In this document: positions 26,190 to 40,329 of the stretch, piece after piece
Layout of the letters: each line of letters opens with the position of its first letter
Position numbering within the stretch: the stretch's first letter is position 1
Position numbers and translations under genes: made by a program
Assembly: GCF_006345805.1 (NCBI RefSeq)
Contig: NC_042997.1
Span: forward strand, 36,766,001-36,830,000
Length of the DNA stretch: 64,000 nt
Direction: 5' to 3'
Origin: Octopus sinensis
Lineage: Eukaryota
Notes under the pieces: generated by a model
What the model was told of the DNA's origin: nothing
The model's input: the letters and a program-made list of their open reading frames with translations, nothing else
Databases searched by the model: none

Positions 26190-26960
26190 TTTCATTGAAT
26201 GTACTGACAGATTTTTCTAGTTTTCAAGCAAGTGACCGTTCTGATCCAGAGACGGTTGATGACTTGAAGCAATGCAGGCTCTGTTTGTACCCACTATCAC
26301 TCACTGTTTGTACCCACTATCACTAATTTTCTGGCAAATTAATAGATTTCCTAGTTTTGTACGGCTAATTTAATCTTTCAAGTTTTCCCATAAATAATCT
26401 AGTGGTATGAGGTACTATGAAACCGGTGGGGATTGCATTGAGCCGCTTCCGTTATACACACCTGTCTGGCAAAATATCATCAAGGTTGGGCCATACGTTT
26501 AGTATACTAATGTGAGGTTGCCCGTATCTTAATAGATATAAAACTTCATGTCATCAATGTTCTCTTGCATTTAATTGACATATGTATTTTTAGTTTGGTC
26601 TCATCACTGCAAATAATGCTTTTGAAGTGTTCACATATTCTGCACGTATTGTCAAGCAAAAACCGCACAGCATCACTCTTCGGTTTGAATCACCTTTATT
26701 AAGAGCATGGCCTGTTCTTGGATTATAATTTTTCCAATGACAGCGCTTTAAGTTTTTTTGAACGCTTGATTTTGAAATCTGTATCTCACGATTCGCTTGC
26801 CACAGGAATTTCCATGAACTCTGGCAATCTGTCGCTATATGTTTTTCTTGCTTTGGTGAGGTTCCACAATATCTGTGGTCTTCCGGAACGCCTCTTCTTG
26901 GCATTCACAGCATTTCTATCAGCTTGAAAAATTATTCTATTTAAACTGATAGTAGCTCAC
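26190..26960 (-). mobile_element. Tc1/mariner-superfamily transposase remnant
   Basis: REIQISKSSVQKNLKRCHWKNYNPRTGHALNKGDSNRRVMLCGF then ICSDETK; C-terminal remnant near 26220-26280; 21-bp tandem duplication at 26281-26325. Confidence 0.65.
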
Positions 26961-27262
26961 TTAGTGTATCTGTGTGAAACTTCCTCCTAATCTGTCGTTT
27001 CGCTTCGACTGTAATTCCAAATTAATAATAGCACTTAAGCACATATTTCCTTTATTGGAAGCTTCGTGCGGCTCCATTCATCATTTTTAATGGATTAAAT
27101 CGAAAGAAATTCAATAGGGAATTACCAAATGTTAAAATACGTAAACTCCTTGATGAAGATGATATATTCTTTATACAGGTATACACTTATAAACATGGAC
27201 GTATTCGGATTTAATATATAGTATTGCTGTAAATGTTATATCCGGATTAGTGAAAGCCGAAA

Positions 27263-27681
27263 GGCGCAGGTGTGGCTGTATGGTAAGTAGATTGCTTACC
27301 AACCACATGGTTCCGAGTTCAGTCCCACTACGTGGCATCTTGGGCAAGTGTCTTCTACTATAGCCTCGGGCCGACCAAAGCCTTGTGCATGGATTTGGTA
27401 GACGAAAACTGAAAGAAGCCCGTCGTATATATGTATATACATATATGTATGTGCGTGTATATGTTTGTGTGTCTGTGTTTGTCCCCCTAGCATTGCTTGA
27501 CAACCGAAGCTGGAGTGTTTACGTCCCCGACGCTTAGCGTTTCGGCAAAAGAGATCGATAGAATAAGTACTGGGCTTACAAAGAATAAGTTCCGGGGTCG
27601 ATTTGCTCGACTAAAGGTGGTGCTCCAGCATGGCCGCAGTCAAATGACTGAAACAAGTAAAAGAGTAAAAGAGTAAAAGAG
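27263..27681 (+). mobile_element. tRNA-derived SINE, family A, full length
   Basis: Head GGCGCAGGTGTGGCTGTATGG (A-box-like) and GGTTCCGAGTTCAGTCCC (B-box-like); body and tail as other A copies. Confidence 0.92.
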
Positions 27682-27833
27682 CCGATATACAATACAAAAT
27701 TTCTCTTTGTAGTCGACGATTAGTAGTGAAACTTTGATGAAGAGAGATTACTATGAAAAGCTGTAAGCACATTTAAATTTATCTCATTTTATTTAAAGAA
27801 TGCCATAATATTTAGGTTCCCTCTCTCTCTCCC

Positions 27834-27870
<37 letters not shown>

Positions 27871-27893
27871 TATATATATATATATATATATAT

Positions 27894-28567
27894 ATTTATT
27901 ATATAGAAGGAGATTCTACAGGACTAGAACTGTTTCATTCAAGAGAATCTTCAGGAAGCTAGTTAACAAGAATTCTATTGGCATTTATACATTTAGGCAG
28001 GTTAAAAGGGGTGTTGGTGGGGGACTTTTTGGGGGTAGGCATAGCGCAAAATATCATACTTGGGGGAGTGGTCAAGGAGTCAGTGTTAAATTAGATAGAA
28101 GAATAAATAAAAAAATAAAAAAATATATAAAAAAAATATATAAAAATATATATAAAAAAAGGGAATAGAGTTTTAGGTAAATAAGGAGATTCTCACTTAT
28201 ACCTATGCACATATGTATACATATATACACACACATACAACACATATATACATATACATACACACATACGTACAACCACACATATAATACATATATATAC
28301 ACTTACACATACATATACATATCTACACATACACATATATGTATACATACACCCTACACACACTCACATGCATACACGTATACACACATGTATATATACA
28401 CACACGACCACACATACATACACACAGAAAAATATATACACATACCATACACACATACTCACATACACGCATACACACACATATCCACACACACATATGC
28501 ACACACAGCACACTAGTCCCTATATACACATATATACACATACACACACATATACACACACATACAT

Positions 28568-28615
<48 letters not shown>

Positions 28616-28788
28616 CATGTGTTCCTATGCATACCTACACATGCACACATATATATACACATACAAATACAGACCCATTCCTAATTTTAATTTTATTATC
28701 TTCATTTATTACTTTTGTTATCTTGATCGCTGGTCACAAACATCTTGCTATGACAGCCAGTCCATTTATCTGTCTACTGGAAAACAAG
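27894..28788 (-). repeat. Left arm of ~0.9-kb inverted repeat (PLE 3' terminus, microsatellite and GIY-YIG piece)
   Basis: Reverse complement of 32137-33051, including the complex microsatellite. Confidence 0.92.
27911..27960 (-). ncRNA. Candidate type I hammerhead ribozyme (copy A)
   Basis: Minus strand AGCTTC-CTGAAGA-TTCTCTTGAAT-GAAAC-AGTTCTAGTCCT-GTA^GAATCT. Confidence 0.6.
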
Positions 28789-28990
28789 ACCAAGTGGAAA
28801 CTACTACAGAAGGCGCGCTCGTACACAGGAGGCCATACCTGCTGTGACCTCTGCATATCGGAGAGCCTAGAGATCTTGTGTTCGCCAAAGGCCCTCTCCT
28901 TAACAAAATCTCAGAACACTCCCAAATTGCATGCATAAGAAGTATGCGAACTACAAGAACTATGACCTACCGGCAACCAGATTGATGACA
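28715..28990 (+). mobile_element. Penelope-like element, GIY-YIG endonuclease C-terminal fragment
   Basis: LLENKTKWKLLQKARSYTGGHTCCDLCISESLEIL, frameshift, LLNKISEH..CMHKK; matches the PLE CxLC...LLNK.SE...C.H pattern. Confidence 0.8.
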
Positions 28991-30299
28991 CCCCACCCAC
29001 AAAACCCCCCCAATCCCACCGTTCCCCTAGCACCCCCGATTACCTTTTCTCCTAAGACCTTTCAAATATTGTATGTGCACGCTTGTATATGTGTATCGTA
29101 TATATGTATAGAAATGTATGGGTATAGTAGGAATATACGCATGTATTATGTGTGTGTGTGTGTGTATGTATGTAAAAATATATATATATATATATGTGTA
29201 TGTATGTGCGTGGTGTGTGTGTGTGTGTGTATATATGTATATATGTATATATGTATATGTGTATATATGTGTGTATGCATATGTATGTGTATATGTATGT
29301 GTGTATGTATGTGTATGTATGTATAAAATATTATATAATTAGGGCTTAGTAAAATAAATTACTTTGCCACACACTGAACTTTGTAGAAATAGCAGCCAAA
29401 AAAGTTTTTTAGCCTCTTCCACTACTTAGAGATTATTTTCCCTCAGACATTATTTACTCAAAAAAATAATGGTCCTTTTACATACTGAATACTTGGTGAA
29501 ATTGATTAATAACTAATTAACTTTACCCTCAATTGTTGATATATGTATGTGTGTGTATATGTGTGTATGTATATGTATATGTACATGTATGTATGTGTGT
29601 ATGTATGTATATGTATATATATATATCCCCCCGTTTTTTTGTCCAATTTTTAAACCCTGCACGACTTTATCTATACACTGTCTTTTACTACCCGCCATTG
29701 CTTCTTCACCAACTTTTTGGCGCCCTCCGATTCTTCCCCTCTCTTCCTCCCATCCTCCTCCCCTCTTCCTCCCATCCTCCTTAATCCCTTCTTCTCCTTC
29801 TCTCTTGGTCACTGATTCTGTCCCTGCCTTCCACCCTCTTTGATTCCCTCTCTCTCTGTCTCTCTTTCTCTCTCTCCTGCGACCTGCTGCTTCTTCAACC
29901 ATTCTGTTGGCCTTCGTATCTCGACCAACATGTGTCCCCGCTACCGAAACGGTAATTATTTCTACGCCAGCTGCTATGTGTTGTTGTTTTTGTCTCATTT
30001 GGTCTAAAGTCGTATGACAACCACCGTTATATACATTTGTGTTTTTTCATTACTGTTTTCAATTTCGTTTTTCGTCTCTTGTATTCACATCCGTCTTGTG
30101 CGTTCACATTCCTGTCTTCTACCAAGAAATCTAATGCTTACAGCTTAGTTTTTTTTCTTGGGGCTGGCCGAGTTGGAGCAAATATCAGAATTGAACAGCC
30201 GAAATTTGCTATGATGATTCGGTGTCTGACTGAAGATTGAAGGCTTCGAATGATTTGTCTGTGTTCCGTGTTCGTCCCTTCCTGTATTTCACGTTCATT

Positions 30300-30320
30300 A
30301 TATATAAAAACATTCATTCT

Positions 30321-30353
<33 letters not shown>

Positions 30354-30816
30354 GTGTGTGTATACATATATATATATATATATGTATGTGTATGTGTGTG
30401 TATATGTGTATTATGTATATATTTATATATATATATATATGTATGTGTATATGTATATATGTGTATATATATGAGTGTACGCGAGTATGTCGATGTATAT
30501 GTAGGTATGTAGAGTTATGTGTATGTGCATGTATGTGAGTGTACATACACACTGTAGATGCGTATATATATGTGTGTGTATATATACATGTATATAGGTA
30601 TATGTATGTGTGTGTAATATATTATATATATATATATATATGTATATGCGAGTATGTAGAGATATAAGTATGTGCATGTGTATATATGTGTGTATATATA
30701 TGTATGGTATGTGTATGTGTATGTATGTATATATATGTGTGTAAGTGTGTGTTATATATGTATATGTAAGTGTGTGTGCGTGTATGAGTATGTATGTATG
30801 TTTGCACACATGTATA

Positions 30817-30905
<89 letters not shown>

Positions 30906-31130
30906 GTGTGTATGTGTATGTATGTATGTATATATATGCGTGTGTATGTGTATGTGTATATGTACATATACGTGTACGCTCGTGTGTTTATGTATATGTA
31001 GGTACGTAGAGTTATCTATGTGTGTATGTATTTGTACATGTGTGTAAGTATGTATATATATATATGTGTGTGTATGTGTGTGTATGTATATATGTATATA
31101 TGTATATGTATATATATGTGTGTATATATG

Positions 31131-31164
<34 letters not shown>

Positions 31165-32130
31165 TATGTTTGTAAGTTTATATGTATGTATCCGTCTATA
31201 TTATAGGTAACTGCACGTACATATACTTAATATTTATTATTTATTTTTGAGTAGTATGCATGTATGAATAACTGCGCGTAATAATATTTTACTATTTACT
31301 TATTTTTTGAGTATGCATGTAAGTATGAATATAAGGAGGCACGTGTGTGTGTGTGTATGTGTAAGCATAGATATATGTATACTTTTACGCATGTGTGTAC
31401 TTATGTGTATATATGGATGCGCGTGTGTGTGTGTGTGTATGGGGTACGCATGTACATGTGTATGTGCGTGTATGTGTATATGAGTATGTATGTATGTGTG
31501 TGCGTATATTGTATATGTATGTATGTATATGTATGTGTGTGTATGTATGTATATATATATATATATATATATATTGTGTGTGTGTATGTGTATGTATGTA
31601 TATGTATGCGTATGTGTATGTATTTGTATGTGTATGCATGCGCGTATATATATGTACGTATATGTATACGTGGGGTGGTGTATGTGTATAAATGTATGTA
31701 TGTATGGATGTATGGATGTATGTATACGTATGTATGTGTATGTGTGTATATGTATGTATGTGTATGTGTGTGTATTGTATATATATATATATATGTATAT
31801 GTGTATATGTATGTATATGTATTATATATATGTATGTATATATATATGTATGTATATATATGTGAATATGTATGTATATGTATATATATATATACATGTA
31901 TGTATTTGTATGTAGGTGTATATGTATGTGTGTGTAGTTATATTTATTGGTGTATATGTATAGACTAGCCTTCTAAGAGTGTAGACATGAATCTGTAGGT
32001 ACGCGTACGTATGTGTATATACGTGAATGTATGTAGATGTATGTATGTATGAATATAACGCGTGCGTGCGTGTATGTGTATGAGTGTGCGAATGAGTGAG
32101 TGTACGTGCTAAAGAGTGTGCGTGAGTAAA
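30300..32130. repeat. ~1.8-kb mosaic (TG/TA/TATG)n low-complexity tract
   Basis: Directly visible; source of the overlapping CV/YI/HT-repeat ORFs. Confidence 0.9.
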
Positions 32131-32136
32131 TGAGTG

Positions 32137-32328
32137 CTTGTTTTCCAGTAGAGACAGATAAATGGACTGGCTGTCATAGCCAAGATGTTTGTGACCAGCG
32201 ATCAAAGATAACAAAGTAATAAATGAAGATAATAAAATTAAAATTAGGGAATGGGTCTGTATTTGTATGTGTATATATATGTGTGCATGTGTAGGTATGC
32301 ATAGGTACACATATGTATATGTATAATA

Positions 32329-32379
<51 letters not shown>

Positions 32380-33051
32380 TGTATATGTATGTGTGTGTAT
32401 ATGTGTTGTATGTGTATATATGTGTATATAGGGACTAGTGTGCTGTGTGTGCATATGTGTGTGTGGATATGTGTGTGTATGCGTGTATGTGAGTATGTGT
32501 GTGTATGTGTATATATATTTTTCTGTGTGTATATGTATGTGTGGTCGTGTGTGTATATATACATGTGTGTATACGTGTATGCATGTGAGTGTGGTATGTG
32601 TGTATGTATACATATATGTGTATGTGTAGATATGTATATGTATGTGTAAGTGTATTATATGTATATATGTGTGTGTGTACGTATGTGTGTATGTATATGT
32701 ATATATGTTTGTATGTGTGTGTATATATGTATACATATGTGCATAGGTATAAGTGAGAATCTCCTTATTTACCTAAAAACTCTATTCCCTTTTTTTTATA
32801 TATTTTTATATATTTTTTTTATATATTTTTATTTTTATTTATTCTTCTATCTAATTTAACACTGGACTCCTTGACCACTCCCCCAAGTATGATATTTTGC
32901 GCTATGCCTACCACCAAAAAGTCCCCACCACACCCCTTTAAACCTGCCTAAATGTATAAATGCCAATACAATTCTTGTTAACTAGCTCCTGAAGATTTCT
33001 CTTGAATGAAACAGTTCTAGTCCTGTAGAAGCTCCTTCTATAATAATAAAT
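32137..33051 (+). repeat. Right arm of ~0.9-kb inverted repeat, ending in the PLE 3' terminus and AATAAA
   Basis: Reverse complement of 27894-28788; AATAAA at 33045-33050. Confidence 0.92.
32984..33033 (+). ncRNA. Candidate type I hammerhead ribozyme (copy B)
   Basis: AGCTC-CTGAAGA-TTTCTCTTGAAT-GAAAC-AGTTCTAGTCCT-GTA^GAAGCT; P3 ACAG/CTGT, P2 TTC/GAA, predicted cleavage after 33027. Confidence 0.65.
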
Positions 33052-33135
33052 TAATTTTACTCTACTATGTATTGAGTACCTTATTTACTGTGGTTAACCC
33101 CGAATCAACCCGGGACTACATATTATATATATATA

Positions 33136-33167
<32 letters not shown>

Positions 33168-33215
33168 TCTATATATCTATATATATATATAATATATATG
33201 TGTGTGTGTATGTAT

Positions 33216-33270
<55 letters not shown>

Positions 33271-34049
33271 ATGTATATGGGGGTGAATATAATTAATTTA
33301 ATAAAACCAACAAATTTCACTTAGTAGTATTTCGATATGGAAAAGGACCCTATTCAGTAAAAACTTATATAATTATAATTATATAATTGCAAAATCCCTT
33401 ATTGTTATAATTATATATATATATGTTATAAAATATGGAATCATAAAATCATGCAGCTATCACGGAATGTTCCTATTTCAGACTCTGCCAATAGTTCAAA
33501 TAGTAAACCAATGAAGAGATACATAATGTAGCATGTACATGCAGCTGGAGTCTGGAAGATCTGATCTTCCTAATTATCTCATGAAGTGTATATAAGCCAT
33601 AAAATGTCTAGAAGTATGAGAGGTAAATATATTTATTTAACCACTTGACATGCGTAGTATTATGGCAGTTTCGTGTCCTTCTTCATGTAGTAACCATTTG
33701 AGTGTGGATGAAATTTTGCTTCCATGTGTGCATTAGAATGCCTGCTCGGCATTGTACTATATAATTGTATGTCACGTTTCAGTGTAAAGAATGGGAACTC
33801 TTCAGATCATCATATCATATGAACATCAGTGTTACACGAACACTGAACCTCTAAGTGTGAATACAGAAAATATTCTCTTAATACATGCCATGTATGGAAG
33901 CCCGCAATCTTTCACACTGAAATTGTTACTTCGTGAAGAAGGCGGCGAACATTTCGCAGTCCATAGGATGGCATCATGTACTTGAATAAACGCATACCCC
34001 ACCCTCTATCTCTGTCTCTACCTATTTGACTGTCTGTCTGTCAGTCTCC

Positions 34050-34096
<47 letters not shown>

Positions 34097-34995
34097 TGTG
34101 TGTGTGTGTGTGTCTGTGTGTGTGTGCTTGTATGTATGTGTGCGTATAGATAGATTGATACTTACATATATATATTATATATATATATATATATATAATA
34201 TATATATATATATAAAATCATATGGGTAAATATAGGCCAATGTAATTAATGAGTGCTGCCAGTATATGTGTGCGTGTGTGCCTCATGTTTCAATCTGTTG
34301 CTTCCATTATAGAAGCAAACACAACCAATACTCGACTGTTAACAATGTCACTTGCACTGTTAGTAATATCAACAAAATTTATTAGTCGACGTCTAACGGT
34401 AAAAAAAAAAATTTAAAGCCACATTAACTAGTGCTGCACAAAATATACAAATACTGTTCTGGTCACGACGGAGATGGAAATTTAGGTAGGCTTACAAAAC
34501 TCTATCAAGGTTTGATATGGTGATTGGAAATTTCAAGTGCATTTGGAGTATTTTGGTACTCTGTAACAGCTTTCAATTTAGAAATATATTATTCGTGTGC
34601 TGTGGAACCGCTTAATGAATTTGGAAATATTTGAGCTGTGTGTGTGTGTTTCTGTATTTTATGTGCATGTGTGTGTGTATGTATATGTGTGTATGTATAT
34701 AAGACACGATGAGCACGCTAGTTCCTCGTTATTATTTTTTTCATCTTTTATTAATTTCACTTCGTTTTATATGAGTTCCATAATTTTTCTCACGAAATTG
34801 ATCAGCAAACCTTCATGAAGACATAGGAACACGTGTGTCTTTATATGAATGTTGATAATCGTATCGTACACCTGCTGTTTCATTACACATTCCCATGGAC
34901 AGAACTCGTATAAATCAATAAGTCTCAATAAAAGCTAAGTATAAAAATAAAGACACCTGCCAATTACCACTAGAAATACTGGCCTGAGATTTAAA

Positions 34996-35116
<121 letters not shown>

Positions 35117-37481
35117 AACAGAAAGTGAGTGATTCATGAGACATGCATACATCACAGGCACACACATATTCCATACAGTAACACACATACGCATAGATAC
35201 AAGCATTCACTCGCATGCAAGTATATACACGGCAACCACGCATCATGCACACACACATTTATGTACAAGAAGTTTGCTAGCAGTAACTGCGGACACTTAA
35301 TTATCAGTATATTACTCTCTTCAAACCAATTAAAAAGCTTTCAGTTTTTTCAGATCACACATGGCTCATATAATTCTAACACAAGAATTAAACAAAAAAA
35401 GTAACACACAATCATATTTGACGTTCGTGCGGAAACATGATATTTCAAATTTGCTAACTTTGTAAATGATACACGTCTAATTATCCACAAAGTTCGGAGG
35501 AATTGGGAGCCTCACGCAGGGATGTTTATTTGTACCTAAGAGAAAAATTCCATGTAGACGTTTGGAAATCGTATGAACATCACAATTCATACAACAGTTT
35601 CCAGGCATTGTTGGCGATGATCCCTGAAAAAAAAGCAAAAACAAGAAAATCAATGCGGACGATCTCCTAATAATCTCAGCTGTTTGGTGCACGGAATTCG
35701 AATAGTCATATGTACAGAGGAATGACACATTCTGCAATACTACAGGAAAACCTTTTTACATTCATGCCATGTAGTAACTTAGTATAATTAAAACCTTTAG
35801 AAACATGGAATAATTTGGTCTTTTAATCTTCTAGCCAGTCCAAATGTTTAGAAGGAGAAATAGGAAATGGTCATGTGCAGACCGTTTTGATATGCTCCAG
35901 AGCACTGCACAAATTCAGGCTACTACGATGATTTTAGTATTGGCTAATAATGAGGGTCACACCATGCTATCTAACATATTTCCATAGTTTCAGCAATAGA
36001 GCTGCTGTTTATGTTAATCCCTGAGTAGATGAAGTACACAGTGAAAGGCTATACGAGAGATGTAGTGTTTTACTCCATAACATAACGCACCATCCGGCCC
36101 AGGAATTGAAATTCCGGTTTCTGATCGTGAGTTCAAAAGTCTAAACATTAAACTTTGCACCTTTATAAGTATACATCGCATAAAGCTTAAAATACAAATT
36201 ATTTTTCGGCGTTTATGCTTACTATAATTTGGTCCTCATTCTGTATAATAATCTATCTAGAGAATAGATGGCTATAGTCCAAACACATCGCAATTTAAAG
36301 ATGATTAGATATAGGAGCGGAATATTAAGGGACTAGCGTATGGCACTACTTTACCACAATATCAATATTTTAAATTTCTCAACATTTTAAATTTCTCTCT
36401 CCGCATCCCAATTTCTTCAATTTTTTACTTCCCTGAATTTTTTATTGCTAATCTAAGGGGGGGGGGAAGAACAGAGAGTACAAATCTTTAAGAAAGTTTT
36501 CTTTTTTTTTCTTCAGAAACACTAAAATTTCCTTCCAAAACCTCCACATATCACCACACCACATTCAAAAAGCTACGAACACCTAATGTTTCACTTTTGG
36601 GTTTTTGGAAAGCGGAGAAGTTTCTTCAGAAATAATGTTGTTTACCTGCAGTTTCTAGCATGTCGTGTTTTCTGCTGGTGCTCTAATAATTTTTATGTCT
36701 GCTATTTCAGTAAATGTTACGCATTCGCGGAACACCAGACAAAAGTAAATCATTGTGCGTTTTTAGCTTTTTGAAAGCAGCTATGTGATGGGTGTGCGAG
36801 GTGGGGGAAAGGGGCATTGAATGTTTCTTGAAAATAAATAACTCTTTAAAAGAAAATACATTTCCCAAATTCGTAATATCAGTATTTTTTCTACATGGAT
36901 AAAAAAAATCGTAAAAGCGTTACAAATTCCGAAATGGCGTAGCGGACAGTAAGAAACTAAAATGTTGAAAACGTGACTCCTGGGCAAAACCGTATTTACC
37001 CACATTATGTTGTGAAACAATACATAGTTTGTTATACTTCAGAATAACAGGAGGCACTTTCATGCAAACCCATGCAAATTGTACCCTTCCCATGCCTTCA
37101 CGTTTAAACAAACATTTACGCCAGTAATCGAATTCCCTATATATCAGCTGTCCTGATCCTGCCCATAAGAAAGGAACAAATATTACAATATGGTTGCACT
37201 GATAGTTGATGTCTATTAGTATTCGTTGATTTGAAATATTTTTTTGTTTTAATATGATATTCCTCATATAATATCCACTGTATTAAAGGGCTCCATACCA
37301 GTGTGCGGTTTCATCAGTTCAAATAAAGTTAAGATTAAATCTACATTCGAAATACAACCGGATGCAATTTGAAATGACAGTTGCTACGCCCGTCATGTTG
37401 TCAAATAAAATACACACGTGCATGGACACATGTAAACACGCATGCGTATGCAAACACACACACACACAAACACACATTCAC

Positions 37482-37601
<120 letters not shown>

Positions 37602-37610
37602 CGTGAGCCA

Positions 37611-39147
37611 TACACATGACAGAAGTAATACTCATTCAAATTTCTTGAATTCTGAAATTATACATTCAAATTATTTATTAATTGTTATAATGTGAATATT
37701 TAATATTTAGTAGACATGCCCTGTGCATTTTTTAATACAAGGACCCTATTAGGCATGTTACGGATCAGATGACGAATATTCCGTTGCAGAATTTCTTGAT
37801 AAGTTTCATGCACTAATCTCAAAATATCTTGCTTCGAAGATGCTTTCTTGTTCTTTTTATGAAGTGTGCTGTTCATTATGCCCCAGAAATGTTCAATAGG
37901 GTTTATCTCTCTAAAGACTCCGCCGGTTACGACGACGAGGGTCCCAGCTGATACGATCAACGGAACAGCTTGCTCGTGAAATTAACGTGCAAATGGCTGA
38001 GCATCCCACAGACACGTGTACCCTTAACGTAGTTCTCGGGGATAATCAGCGTGACACAGAGAGTGACAAGGCTGACCCTTTGAAATACAAGTACAACTCA
38101 TTTTTGCCAGCTGAGTGGACTGGAGCAACGTGAAATAAAGTGTCTTGATCAAGGACACAACGCGTCGCCGGGAATCGAACTCACAACCATACGATCATGA
38201 GCCGAATGCCCTAACCACTAAGCCACGCGCCCTCACTACATAGGGTTTATATCTGGTGACTGACTTGCCTTTGGAATCTTTTTAATGCTATTCTCATCCA
38301 ACAAATCTTGGGTCATTTTAGCCGTGTGAAAAGAAGCCCCATTTTCCATAAAGAAATGTTCTTTTTTAATCATTTCACCACTAGAGAAGTTTGGAAGGAT
38401 TCCTTTCTGCAATTTGGACATGTATTTATCTGAGTTTATGCTTCCCTCACACTCCAACAGCTCTGATCAACCATTGCTCCAAGTTTCTCCCCGGGACATT
38501 ACAAAATAGCTGCCGTGTTTCATTGTTGGCTGCCATATTTTAATATCAAATTCTTGATCACAGTCTCCAGACACACACTGGAACATTGTCAGGAAATACA
38601 GCAAATCTGGACTCATCAGAGAATATGTCAGTGCCCCAAAATACTAGTGGCCTGCCCACCATCTCACTGGCCCAATGTTTTTTCCGCTTGATGTTGTCTT
38701 GTCGAAGAAGTGGCTCTTGCTGTTCTTCCATAGTAACCAAGTATGTGGAGATATCCGACAGTTGTTCTGAGACTGATATCAACTTGTTCTGCTATGTCAA
38801 AGGCCTTGTAACGAGGATTATCTTCCACACTTCTCCGTCAGAGGGCCTTGGTTGAACTGCGTGAGGTGATATGCACTCCTCCCTCTCTCTGGTGAATTGC
38901 ACAATCACTCTATTAATTGTAGAAAGCGGAATCCCACGGTTTTCTGCTATTTTACGCTATGTACATTCACCTTCAGAATAACTCACAATACCACGTCTTG
39001 GAAATTCATACAGTCCCAAGGCATGAGTAAGCAGTCACATATGCAGCCTGAAACATAAAATTTTCAATTAATAAAAGATATGAACCATATCATAAACATA
39101 AAACGGTGTTTTATGGGTTGTCTACTTACTTCTGCCATGTGTGTGTA
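37611..39147 (-). mobile_element. Tc1 (DD34E-type) transposon with both TIRs, interrupted by a SINE
   Basis: IFSDESRF, FMENGASFH, QSPDINP|IEHFWG, C-terminal STKY*; TIRs CACATGACAGAAGTAA (37613) and TTACTTCTGCCATGTG (39126-39141). Confidence 0.9.
37907..38239 (-). mobile_element. tRNA-derived SINE, family C (own head and body, family-B tail)
   Basis: Head GGCGCGTGGCTTAGTGGTTAGGG...GAGTTCGATTCCC; 11-bp TSD ATAGGGTTTAT at 37896-37906 and 38240-38250. Confidence 0.92.
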
Positions 39148-40329
39148 TGTATGTGTACATTCATTTCAAGAGACACCCTGCAGATTTCAATGTTGTTTTA
39201 ATGATTTGGAAAGATCTATGTGAAAATGGTAACAAAATATGTAAATATTCGCAAAGTTAAACACTAAAACATTAGACTACTGTTAGTTTTCACGTAATAT
39301 TGACTATAAATCTGCAAAATATTACACTAAATCATCTTAACATAAAAATACATATTCTAGAATATTTAAGTGTAAATATTTGCGCATATCCAGTAGCTTT
39401 CATATTTTCAATGACTTACTTCCCTGTCCACAAAAACAAAAGTAAACAATCATAGTAGTAAACAGTAAAAAATAGATTAATATTGAGTGAACGCAAATTG
39501 CCGTCGGGGTTGGGTACAATTATGCTAATATCTATACAGTTGTTTGTAACAACGAAGCTACCTTACATTCACGTATGAACTGCTGAAGGAAGAAATAAAA
39601 TATTTGTAGATATAGTTGTAGTGGCATTAGCGGTGATGTTTTTATTGTGTTAATGATTAAATGTAAAACATAGGGCTGAGGGGAATGTACCTGGGGGTGG
39701 GGAACATTTCTGGCTTTAAGGGTATCGCTAAGGCCTGGTTGGAGTCCCAGGGCTTGGAAAAGTTAAATAACCGCTGCAATAAGTGAGTGAATCTGAGAGG
39801 GAAATATGTTGAACCAATTCTTAATTAACTGATCCTCCTATGTATTCTTTTGTCCAAAGCCGGAAGTTCGTCAGTAACCCCTTTGTATTGATATTAGTGA
39901 GTGTTTGTTATTTGGGACCCTGTGAGGAACCTAAAAAGATTTCAATGTGGAAGGCGTCGGTTAGCCATTCAGTAACACACAAAAATCTATCAGCTTCACT
40001 AGAGCACTTATTGTTTGTAATTTAGTGTCAAACTTTTCGCCACTTGTTCACTAACAACATTATTGCAATGCATGTCAAAAATGTTGTTAGCTACCAGGTC
40101 GCACTTTAAAGCGGCGAAAATTTTGACACCATATTACGAACAATAAATATGTAAGTAAAGATAACTGTCTTTGTGTTTCTGAATGACTACCATATGTTGT
40201 CAAAATGGCAATCATAAATATATACGTACATACACACGTACACGCGCACACATATTCGTTAATTCTATTATTTATATGCGTTTCAGCACAAGGCTGTGAC
40301 CATCGGCATTTTGTCATTGGCTTTTGGTG

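Noticed and set aside
28205-32859. Many long ORFs rich in YI/CV/HT repeats (also at 6.5, 17, 23.8, 35, 41, 45 and 61 kb)
   Set aside because: Translations of (TA/TG/CA)n microsatellites, open in several frames on both strands
35477-35625. Strong minus-strand acceptor (TTTTTTTCAG) suggesting an exon
   Set aside because: No recognisable protein in any frame and no convincing partner exon or donor
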